60,915 nt of DNA from Candidatus Darwinimomas equi (GTDB taxonomy: Bacteria; Bacillota; Clostridia; Lachnospirales; Lachnospiraceae), in NCBI GenBank assembly GCA_018066045.1, contig JAGHSD010000005.1, positions 1-60,915 on the forward strand. Direction: 5' to 3'. Of this stretch, positions 39,041 to 46,775 are shown in pieces. How positions within the stretch are numbered: position 1 is the stretch's first letter; each line of letters starts with the position of its first letter. The position numbers were made by a program, and so were the translations under genes. The notes beneath the pieces are model-generated. The model was not told the DNA's origin and did not search any database. It was given only the letters and a program-made list of their open reading frames with translations.

Positions 39041-40090
39041 TCATCTTGCAAGTATTGATTTGGGATTCTCGACCAGAATCTTGTTTAACTGAGTTTCGGT
39101 CACGCCTTCGAAGAGGAAGAAGTCCCAGAGGTTCTCCAATATGTGCGCATAGCCTCCGCCGCCGTAGGTCTTGTATAGGGTTTTGAATGCACCCAAATCA
39201 TATGATACCGTGATTCTGTCTTCATATCCTGCATCGCACAGTTTCTTTATATGGCGGATTCTGTCGATGTCACGCGGAAGCCAGTGCTTTACATACGGAC
39301 CGTATGTAACAGGGAATTCCATCATGAATTCGTCTATCTGAAGTCTGCATCCTCTTTCAAGAAGGCTGACATGATAGTCGTAATTCGGAATTGTACCGTC
39401 ACAATGAGAGAGAACAACCTTATCAAGATCAACTCCCTGCTCTTCAAGGACATCCAGTACTCTTTCTCCGTATGTTTTAAAGATTGGCTGATGAACCGTC
39501 ATTGACAGCCCTGACTCAATACAGGCATCTCCTGCGGCGCGAAGCGACTTGACTTCATCTTTTGTCCAGGCATCATTCATTCCGACTTCGCCTATATAAC
39601 CCGGTCTGATTCCTGTTCCGTCGATTCCGTTCCGTATCTCATCCAGGAAGAAATCTGTCAGCTGCTGCTGAGTCATGGTCCTGAATCTTTCAGGCCAGGT
39701 TCCTTCGATATACAGAGCAGTGCTTGCAACTATGTTAAGGCCTGTTGCCTTCGATATCCGGACAAGCGCATTTACATCACGTCCGATTCCCGGTGTTGTA
39801 ACATCAACAACCGTTCCGCCGCCTGCATCCTTAAAATACTTTAATTCTTTTATCGAAAGCGCTTCGTTCAGATTCTCTGTATTGGACTGATGTTTGTGCA
39901 TGTTGAAGATAATGCGCTGGCGATTCTCCGGACAGATTTCCGACTTTAAAAATGCCTGATATTCAGGATCATCGTTATCCGTGTCTGCATAAGCATCTAC
40001 AGGCGCAACCAGACAGTGCTCATGCATAAGAGTCTTACCTATTGAATTCTCGTCAATCGGACCTAAAACGGTCATTATTTTCTTTGCCAT
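39041..40090 (-). CDS. phosphotriesterase-family (PHP-like) amidohydrolase-fold metal hydrolase
   Basis: The metal ligands look intact: TLMHEHCLV (HxH), GYIGEVG (bridging Glu), MTVHQP, LSHCD, SYDLG. The GGGAGA RBS and ATG lie 11 nt after the MotB-like stop. Confidence 0.8.
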   Translation of the reverse strand: MAKKIMTVLGPIDENSIGKTLMHEHCLVAPVDAYADTDNDDPEYQAFLKSEICPENRQRIIFNMHKHQSNTENLNEALSIKELKYFKDAGGGTVVDVTTPGIGRDVNALVRISKATGLNIVASTALYIEGTWPERFRTMTQQQLTDFFLDEIRNGIDGTGIRPGYIGEVGMNDAWTKDEVKSLRAAGDACIESGLSMTVHQPIFKTYGERVLDVLEEQGVDLDKVVLSHCDGTIPNYDYHVSLLERGCRLQIDEFMMEFPVTYGPYVKHWLPRDIDRIRHIKKLCDAGYEDRITVSYDLGAFKTLYKTYGGGGYAHILENLWDFFLFEGVTETQLNKILVENPKSILAR

Positions 40091-40101
40091 ACTATTCTCC
40101 C

Positions 40102-41088
40102 TTACTGAGATTTAAATGATGGAGCTTCGACAATCTCGGCTTTCGGAGCATCCGTATTGCCGCTTGAATTCATGATGTCTACCATCTCACGGATCATCTC
40201 TTCATCTTTCAGGCGGAAAAGTATCTCAACTCTTCTGGATGCTGCAGCATCTACAGTTCCGTCCGCTTTCAGCACCGGATCGCTGTAGGATCTTCCGCTG
40301 GTTGTCAGAAATGACTGCAGAGTCTCTTTTTCATCCTTTGACAAGAATGTTGATTTTTCATTCAGGCAATAGTCTGCTACAGAATATGCTCTTTCCTGAG
40401 AGAGTCCCAGATTGAAAAGATAGGTTCCGCTCGTATCCGTATGTCCTTCGATAACGATCTCCGAGATGTAAGGTCTGTACTTCGGGCTCAGAAGGATATG
40501 CATATATTTGGGCAGGAAGTCTCCGAGAAATTCCTGTCCTGTTTCTTTAAGTTCATCTTTGTTATATTCAAAGAGGATGCTTGAATCCATACTGATTGCG
40601 CCGGTCTTCTCATCAATAGAAACCTGAAGCGCGGATTTCTCACATTCTTCGCGTATGTCTTCAATAAGCTCTGTCTTGATGCCTATGATTTTATCTAACT
40701 GTTCCTGCTGCGCCAGCATAATGCCCTGGAATTCATCAAGCAGTGCTTCCTGTTCATCTAACTTTTGTTTCTGCAGATCCAGTTTTGCCGCCTGCTCTGC
40801 AAGCTTTCCTTCCTGTTCTGTCAGTTTCAGTTCCTGTGCGTTGAGCTTTGCTCCCTGCTCGTCAACTAAAAGCCTTTCATTATACAACTCATCACTGCGG
40901 ATAACGAGCTCCTGCTCCTTGCCTGCAAGTTCCTCCTGCTTCTGATCGTACTGTACTTTGGAATGCAGCATGGTAACAGCGATGATTACCACGAAGCACA
41001 GGAGGAGTCCTGCCATCATATCTGAATACGACAGCCAGTAGCTCTGTTCTTCATCCTGTTTTCTCTTTTTCCCAAATCCACGGATCAT
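40102..41088 (-). CDS. MotB/OmpA-like stator subunit with ~110-aa coiled-coil spacer
   Basis: The N-terminal plug/TM region YWLSYSDMMAGLLLCFVVII aligns with the MotB AYADFMTAMMAFFLV motif, and the Asp is kept. An E/Q/K/L heptad-rich region follows. The OmpA_C-like domain has IEGHTDTSGTYLFNLGLSQERAYSV...SRRVEILF. It has an ATGA overlap with the MotA-like gene. Confidence 0.75.
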   Translation of the reverse strand: MIRGFGKKRKQDEEQSYWLSYSDMMAGLLLCFVVIIAVTMLHSKVQYDQKQEELAGKEQELVIRSDELYNERLLVDEQGAKLNAQELKLTEQEGKLAEQAAKLDLQKQKLDEQEALLDEFQGIMLAQQEQLDKIIGIKTELIEDIREECEKSALQVSIDEKTGAISMDSSILFEYNKDELKETGQEFLGDFLPKYMHILLSPKYRPYISEIVIEGHTDTSGTYLFNLGLSQERAYSVADYCLNEKSTFLSKDEKETLQSFLTTSGRSYSDPVLKADGTVDAAASRRVEILFRLKDEEMIREMVDIMNSSGNTDAPKAEIVEAPSFKSQ

Positions 41089-42323
41089 AAGGATTTTCTC
41101 CTGCTCTTTGCTATTCTCTCAAGATCATCATGGAGTTCTCCTAAAACTCCCGCAGCGTCATTGCATGCATCAACGATTTCATGCATGTTGTGTTCCATTT
41201 CTTCTCTCATTTTTTCATTCTGCACACTCTGCTGCCTGAGGATAGCCGTGCCTGTTTTTATTTCATCTTCACTGTCAATAACTGTGCGGTAGAATTCGCG
41301 CATCTGTTCTGCATTCTGATGCAGAAGCTTATACTGTTCATCAACTTCAAGTCCGATCTTGGTAAATGTTCCGTCAAGCGACTTGTTCATCTCTTTTGTG
41401 AATTCTTCTACGACCTTTCCGATGGCTTCCCTCTGATCGACTGTTGCAACCGCCTGGAAATCCGAAATGAGTTTTCCGAGTCTTTCAAAGTTCGGCTCCA
41501 TCTGTGCGGCAACTTCATCTTTCATATTCTGTCCCATCGTATTAATGGCCTGAAGCTGCTTTTCTTCCAGATCGATTAAACGGTTTATGCCGTCATCTTC
41601 TGTATCCGGCATAACAAATTTCTTCCATGCCGAAAGGAATGCCCTTATTGATTCTTCAGAGTCGTACAGCTTTCTCTTATATACAAAGTTGAATACCAGC
41701 GAGAAGACCATTCCGTAGATTGAAGTATGAAATGCAACCTTGATACCTTCCATCAGCGGTTCGATGCTGCTGGTTATCTCGGCTGTAGTTCCGGTATTAA
41801 AATGCTGAAGTCCGAGAGACAGTCCTATGAATGTTCCTAAAATTCCGAGTCCTGTCAGCGCACCTGCCACCTGATTGAGCATGTTGCGGTGCATGACTGT
41901 ATCTACAAGATCTTCATTGATGTACTCATCAATGCTCGGCTTATAGTAGACATTTTCTCCGTCTTTCTTACGGTTGAGTGCAAACAGAAAATCCTGATAG
42001 AGCGCCTTCAGTCTGTCGTTATGAAACAGCTCTGAATTTACTGCACTGTACGGTTTCCACAGATAGTCGTGGGTATTGAGTGCATCGGTACGTATCTTGT
42101 CTGTTACCTGATCCAGATCTGCCGTAATATCTCCCATGGGTCTGAAACTGTTGAGTACGCAGCACAGAAAAATAACCGCTACGATAATGAACATTCCGAT
42201 GTTCACGATCAGATTGGCAAGACCTTCTTTCTGCGTGCCTGATGTATTCAGGATAATGCACAAAAGGACCATTGCAATATACACTGCCAAAAGCAGCCAT
42301 TCATACCATTTTTTGTTCTTCAT
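41085..42323 (-). CDS. MotA/ExbB/TolQ-family ion channel subunit with ~200-aa helical C-terminal tail
   Basis: I trimmed the start to MKNKKWYEW, which has a GGAGGA RBS. Four TM helices with a ~100-aa loop between TM2 and TM3. Channel motifs are GALTGLGILGTFIGL and GIKVAFHTSIYGMVFSLVFNF. The tail is rich in E/K/Q/L. Confidence 0.75.
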   Translation of the reverse strand: MKNKKWYEWLLLAVYIAMVLLCIILNTSGTQKEGLANLIVNIGMFIIVAVIFLCCVLNSFRPMGDITADLDQVTDKIRTDALNTHDYLWKPYSAVNSELFHNDRLKALYQDFLFALNRKKDGENVYYKPSIDEYINEDLVDTVMHRNMLNQVAGALTGLGILGTFIGLSLGLQHFNTGTTAEITSSIEPLMEGIKVAFHTSIYGMVFSLVFNFVYKRKLYDSEESIRAFLSAWKKFVMPDTEDDGINRLIDLEEKQLQAINTMGQNMKDEVAAQMEPNFERLGKLISDFQAVATVDQREAIGKVVEEFTKEMNKSLDGTFTKIGLEVDEQYKLLHQNAEQMREFYRTVIDSEDEIKTGTAILRQQSVQNEKMREEMEHNMHEIVDACNDAAGVLGELHDDLERIAKSRRKSL

Positions 42324-42367
42324 TCCATATCCTCCGGTTTTCTGCCTGAAATGCGCCTGTGCGCAGT

Positions 42368-44194
42368 TCACAGTTCTATGTTCCTGAATCTGATTTCCTC
42401 GTTCTCCATTATCTTCTTCTCTCTGTTGTGGCAGCTGAATATAATTATCTGCCCCTTATACTCATCTGCGATCCATTTCAGCGTGGAAGCGAGTCTTTCT
42501 CCGTCATAGTTAACGAAACTGTCGTCAAGTATCAGCGGAAGCCTGTCACCATCCTGCTGAACAAGCCGTGCTCCCGCAAGGCGAAGTGCCATATAAACCT
42601 GATCCGATGTTCCGCTGCTCAGCTGTTCAAGCGGAACCGTTTTCTCCGATGTATTGATAAATACTTCCATGCTGTCATCAATACTTATCGAATCATATGC
42701 TCCACCGGTTATCCTGTTAATATAACCGGATGCCTCTTTATTGAGAAATACTCCCAAAGAGTCTTTCAGTCTTGCAGCCAGTTCATCAATAGTACCTGCA
42801 GCTATATCTATTGCTTCTATATCATCGTTTATCTTATCATTTCTCTCGATTGCCGCTGCCAGTTCTTCATTTTCCCTTCGCAGCGTATTCAGACGGTTAA
42901 GCTTCTCCATCAGTTCAGACTGTGTCTGCTTCTGGATAATGATATTACTGTCAAGCTCGTTATTGCGGTCCGTCATAATCTCATTTTCTCTGTTGAGGTC
43001 TTCAAGCTGTTTTTCGCGCTTTTCCACATCAAAAGCAAGCTCTTTTGTCTGCTCTAACTTTGTTTTTACTTTTCTGATTGCACTATCGGCAATTTCTCCG
43101 GAACCGATATGCTTCTTAAGAAGACCGGAAAGAGCCTGTTTCTTCTTTTCAAGTCTGTTCTTTGCGGAAATACATAAAACCAAGAATATAATTCCCGGAA
43201 TCAGGCCGGTAATACATCCTGCCGCGCAGAAAATGATATAGTCGGCAAATGCTTTTGTGACATAGCAGTATATCGCTCCGCATGCACACAGAAGAGCAAA
43301 TCCGAGAAAAACAATGTATATCACTCTGTTCCTTGCTACTGCATTTGAAGAAGCTTCCTCTCTGTACTCATTCAGTACCGTCTGAAAATTCTTTTCATCG
43401 TTTACTGCTTTTCCTGAGGTTTCGCTTCCTGTTTCTTTCAGTTTTTCCCTGTCGGTACGTATTCCTTCGCAAAGGGCGTTCGCCTCTGCGGTCTTTTCGC
43501 GCAGTATCTGTTCTGCAGCTTTCTTCTCATCTTCAAGCTCATTTATCCTGCTTATATATTCCGGAGCATCTATCTCTTTTTCGATATTTTTAATCTCGCC
43601 GGCATTGGCCGCCATCGTCCTTGCCGCTGACGGAACAATGTCCTCTGCAAGACTTCGTTTCTGATCCGCAAGATATTTTTTTGCTTCTTCGCAGTTAAGA
43701 GATCTGTTGCCTGTCGTCCCCATGTTGATAATATATTTTTTTAACTCAGCGGCGACTGCATCTTCCGCACTTGATCTCAGCTGACCGATACTTATGGTGT
43801 TATCATATGCTATTTCAGTCATGCCGCACAGCGCATCTCTGAGAAAACCCTCTGCAAACGGAACAGCTTCCTGAGAAGTCTCATTGTAAACAGTACACCC
43901 GACCGGATCTTTATAAAAGTCTCTGATAATGGCATATATCTGTCCTTCATTTTCGATACGCATTACCGCTCCGTATTTATTTCCTTTCCACGGTTTGAAT
44001 CTGGAAAACTCATCGGTAAGAGCGGCAACGCCTTTGGCTCTTTCCATTCCATAGAACATTGCTCTGATACATGCGTGCAGTGTAGATTTTCCTGCCTCAT
44101 TATGTCCTGTAACCAGGTTGATTCCCTCGTCAAAACCTATATATCTGTCATTCAGTTTTCCGAATCCGTCTATCTTAATATCAATAAGTTTCAT
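42368..44194 (-). CDS. SbcC/Rad50/YhaN-like SMC-type ATPase with central two-helix membrane hairpin
   Basis: I trimmed the start to MKLIDIKIDGFGKL (TAA-g-ATG junction with the upstream gene). Walker A GHNEAGKST, signature LSSGTSDQ, Walker B PLILDDSF, H-loop SCH. Two coiled-coil arms flank VIYIVFLGFALLCACGAIYCYV and YIIFCAAGCITGLIPGIIFLVLCI. Confidence 0.8.
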   Translation of the reverse strand: MKLIDIKIDGFGKLNDRYIGFDEGINLVTGHNEAGKSTLHACIRAMFYGMERAKGVAALTDEFSRFKPWKGNKYGAVMRIENEGQIYAIIRDFYKDPVGCTVYNETSQEAVPFAEGFLRDALCGMTEIAYDNTISIGQLRSSAEDAVAAELKKYIINMGTTGNRSLNCEEAKKYLADQKRSLAEDIVPSAARTMAANAGEIKNIEKEIDAPEYISRINELEDEKKAAEQILREKTAEANALCEGIRTDREKLKETGSETSGKAVNDEKNFQTVLNEYREEASSNAVARNRVIYIVFLGFALLCACGAIYCYVTKAFADYIIFCAAGCITGLIPGIIFLVLCISAKNRLEKKKQALSGLLKKHIGSGEIADSAIRKVKTKLEQTKELAFDVEKREKQLEDLNRENEIMTDRNNELDSNIIIQKQTQSELMEKLNRLNTLRRENEELAAAIERNDKINDDIEAIDIAAGTIDELAARLKDSLGVFLNKEASGYINRITGGAYDSISIDDSMEVFINTSEKTVPLEQLSSGTSDQVYMALRLAGARLVQQDGDRLPLILDDSFVNYDGERLASTLKWIADEYKGQIIIFSCHNREKKIMENEEIRFRNIEL

Positions 44195-44195
44195 C

Positions 44196-45245
44196 TTATT
44201 TCCTCTCATCAGCGGTCTTAAGCAGTGCATTTATTCCGAAATTCATTGCTTTTCTGTCCAGCTCAGAAATATCCTCACGGTTCATCTCTTTTACAAAAAA
44301 TCCCACCATATCTGACGGATGCTCCCTTGAAAGCTGCATGTAATCATAATCAGGTCTTGTGAAATTCAGTATTTTACTGATTTTGAATTCTCTCGTCAGA
44401 TCTTCAAGAACAAAATCTTCTTCCGGTTTGCACAGACCGTTCAGTTTGATCTGATATATGTTTTCGGATCCGCGGGAAGTCATTTCCCTTTTAAGATTTC
44501 TTATTACATCCGCCTCTGTAGAGGCCGGTGTCACATTTACGGAAAGAGTTATATATCTTACCGTCGGAAGAGTAACGAATTTCAGCGCAGTCAGTTTTCT
44601 GCTCTCATCGTCTATCTCTCCGACATAATAACCGTGTTTGCCCGTATCGTCCGCGCATATCGGTTCCGGAGACCCGCAGTTTACCAGACATCCTCCTCGC
44701 TTAACATACGGTTTGTGATCTCCTCCCAACGCAATATACGTGAAGTTTTCCGGCATCATACTCTCATCCGCCTGTGAATTCGAGATGACCAGTATGGATG
44801 CGCAGCCCTGTACAGGCTTCGCATCTGTCAGCCTGTCCGTATCAAAACGATTCCTGTCATTGGAGGCACCCACTATCTCAATATGAATATCACTCAGATA
44901 CAGTGAATTGAATTCTTTATCCGTATTGTAAATTACATTTTCAGCCCATCTGAAAGTGCAGACCGGAGAACTCGAAAAAACAGGATCATTTTCTCCCGCA
45001 ATTACATACACCCTTGTATCCGGTATGGCTGCAAAGGCCTCGTTTACCTCACGCACCTCATCTTCCGTCGGACGACCGTCAAACAATCCTCCGCTTATGA
45101 TAAGACAATCGGCTTTTTCGTATACACATGCTTCGATAATCCGTCCGAAAGATTCTTTTATCGCTTTTGCACGTTCTCTTCCCCACGTGCGGTTTGCGTC
45201 CGGAGCTGCTCCGTAATGTATGTCACTCGTATGTAAAAACTTCAT
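44196..45245 (-). CDS. SbcD/Mre11/YhaO-like calcineurin-fold phosphoesterase, motifs partly degenerate
   Basis: MKFLHTSDIHYG (motif I), ISGGLFDG, VIAGENDP, IALGGDHKP, CGSPEP. It is collinear with the SbcD motifs, but several ligand positions are substituted. Confidence 0.8.
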   Translation of the reverse strand: MKFLHTSDIHYGAAPDANRTWGRERAKAIKESFGRIIEACVYEKADCLIISGGLFDGRPTEDEVREVNEAFAAIPDTRVYVIAGENDPVFSSSPVCTFRWAENVIYNTDKEFNSLYLSDIHIEIVGASNDRNRFDTDRLTDAKPVQGCASILVISNSQADESMMPENFTYIALGGDHKPYVKRGGCLVNCGSPEPICADDTGKHGYYVGEIDDESRKLTALKFVTLPTVRYITLSVNVTPASTEADVIRNLKREMTSRGSENIYQIKLNGLCKPEEDFVLEDLTREFKISKILNFTRPDYDYMQLSREHPSDMVGFFVKEMNREDISELDRKAMNFGINALLKTADERK

Positions 45246-45265
45246 AGTATACTCTCTTTCGTTTT

Positions 45266-45302
45266 GTAAAAGTAACAGGCGTTATGGTATTCCAACGCCT
45301 GT
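45266..45302 (-). terminator. possible terminator after asnS
   Basis: Minus strand: ACAGGCGTT-10 nt-AACGCCTGT followed by TACTTTTAC. The U-tract is weak. Confidence 0.45.
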
Positions 45303-45317
45303 CACCGGATCACTTTA

Positions 45318-46709
45318 TTATAATTCGCATGTTCCTACTGTACGCGGGAACGGGAGCACGTCACGGATGTTTCCAATTCCTGTCATATACATTATGATAC
45401 GCTCAAATCCAAGTCCGAATCCGGAATGACGGTTGGATCCCCATTTACGAAGATCCGTATAGAATTCATATTCTTCAGGTTTAAGTCCGCATTCATTCAT
45501 CTTCCTGAGCAGTACATCGTAATTATCCTCTCTCTGGCTGCCTCCGATAATCTCTCCGATTCCGGGTACCAGACAGTCCATAGCTGCTACGGTCTTTCCG
45601 TCTTCATTAAGCTTCATGTAAAATGCCTTTATCTCCTTCGGATAATCCGTTACGAATACCGGCTTCTGATAAATCTTTTCCGTCAGATAACGCTCATGCT
45701 CTGTCTGAAGATCGCATCCCCAGAATACCTTATAGTCAAATTCATCATTATGCTCTTCAAGAATCTTAACAGCCTCTGTGTATGTTACGCGTCCGAAGTC
45801 GTTGCTGATTACATTGTTCAGTCTGTCCAGAAGTCCCTGATCTACAAACTGATTGAAAAATGCCATCTCTTCCGGGGCATTCTCAAGAACATAGTTGATA
45901 ATATACTTGATCATATCCTCTGCTAATTCCATATCGTCCTGCAGATCCGCAAATGCCATCTCCGGTTCTATCATCCAGAACTCTGCGGCATGACGTGTAG
46001 TATTGGAATTCTCCGCACGGAATGTCGGTCCGAATGTATATACATTTCTGAAAGCCATGCAGTATGTTTCCACGTTCAGCTGACCGGAAACCGTCATGGC
46101 AACCTTCTTTCCGAAGAAATCCCTGCTGTAATCAACTTTTCCGTCCTCTGTCTTCGGTAAGTCCTCAAGCGGAAGAGTTGTTACCTGGAACATCTCGCCT
46201 GCACCCTCACAGTCGCTTTCCGTGATGATCGGTGTATGAACGTAAACAAATCCTCTCTCCTGGAAGAATTTATGAATCGCAAAGGCTACCAGTGAACGCA
46301 CTCTGAATACTGCCTGGAAGGTGTTGGTCCTTGCACGAAGATGCGGAATGGTTCTCAGGTACTCAAGGGTATGGCGCTTCTTCTGAAGCGGATATGCCGC
46401 ATCCGAAGGACCCTCAACAGTAACCTCTGATGCCTGAATCTCAAACGGCTGCTTTGCCTCCGGTGTAGGAACCAGCTCACCCTTTATGATAAGGGCTGCA
46501 CCTACGTTAACCTTGGCGATTTCTGCAAAGTTTGCCATCGTATCGTGATATACGACCTGAATCTGCGGATAGCAGGATCCGTCGCTTATAGTAAGGAATC
46601 CGAATGACTTGGAATCACGGTTTGAACGAACCCATCCTCCGATGGTAACTTCTTTGTTAAGATAGTCTTCCGGCTTTCTGAAAATGTCGCGTAAAGTAAT
46701 TAATTTCAT
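45318..46709 (-). CDS. asnS: asparagine--tRNA ligase
   Basis: 463 aa. N-terminal OB fold ([22 protein letters not shown]). Class II motifs [21 protein letters not shown] and GFGLGFER. Confidence 0.95.
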   Translation of the reverse strand: MKLITLRDIFRKPEDYLNKEVTIGGWVRSNRDSKSFGFLTISDGSCYPQIQVVYHDTMANFAEIAKVNVGAALIIKGELVPTPEAKQPFEIQASEVTVEGPSDAAYPLQKKRHTLEYLRTIPHLRARTNTFQAVFRVRSLVAFAIHKFFQERGFVYVHTPIITESDCEGAGEMFQVTTLPLEDLPKTEDGKVDYSRDFFGKKVAMTVSGQLNVETYCMAFRNVYTFGPTFRAENSNTTRHAAEFWMIEPEMAFADLQDDMELAEDMIKYIINYVLENAPEEMAFFNQFVDQGLLDRLNNVISNDFGRVTYTEAVKILEEHNDEFDYKVFWGCDLQTEHERYLTEKIYQKPVFVTDYPKEIKAFYMKLNEDGKTVAAMDCLVPGIGEIIGGSQREDNYDVLLRKMNECGLKPEEYEFYTDLRKWGSNRHSGFGLGFERIIMYMTGIGNIRDVLPFPRTVGTCEL

Positions 46710-46775
46710 GGTTTTCGCCTTTCTGTTAGCATTTGGATAAAGTATATCACATTAAATGATACCGACCAATATTTT

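Noticed and set aside
40102-42323. Interpreting the MotA/MotB-like pair as a flagellar stator or a Tol/Ton energiser
   Set aside because: No flagellar, chemotaxis, TolA/TolB/Pal or TonB genes occur in the window. The pair carries non-flagellar extensions and is operonic with SbcCD-like genes. A flagellar locus elsewhere in the genome cannot be excluded from this window alone.
42359-43241. 232-aa and 166-aa + strand ORFs inside the ATPase gene
   Set aside because: They are antisense shadows of the coiled-coil-encoding region. Their S/F/L/C-rich low-complexity translations are as expected from reverse-reading E/K/L codons.
36641-45317. Calling the tRNA-Gly-adjacent stretch an integrated mobile element or prophage
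   Set aside because: I could find no integrase, recombinase, transposase or phage structural genes, and no direct repeat of the tRNA 3' end at the far boundary. I report it only as an accessory-looking region.
46710-46775. Possible T-box leader upstream of asnS
   Set aside because: Only 66 nt separate asnS from the upstream HAD gene, and there is no T-box or specifier-loop sequence. asnS is more likely co-transcribed with the upstream genes.
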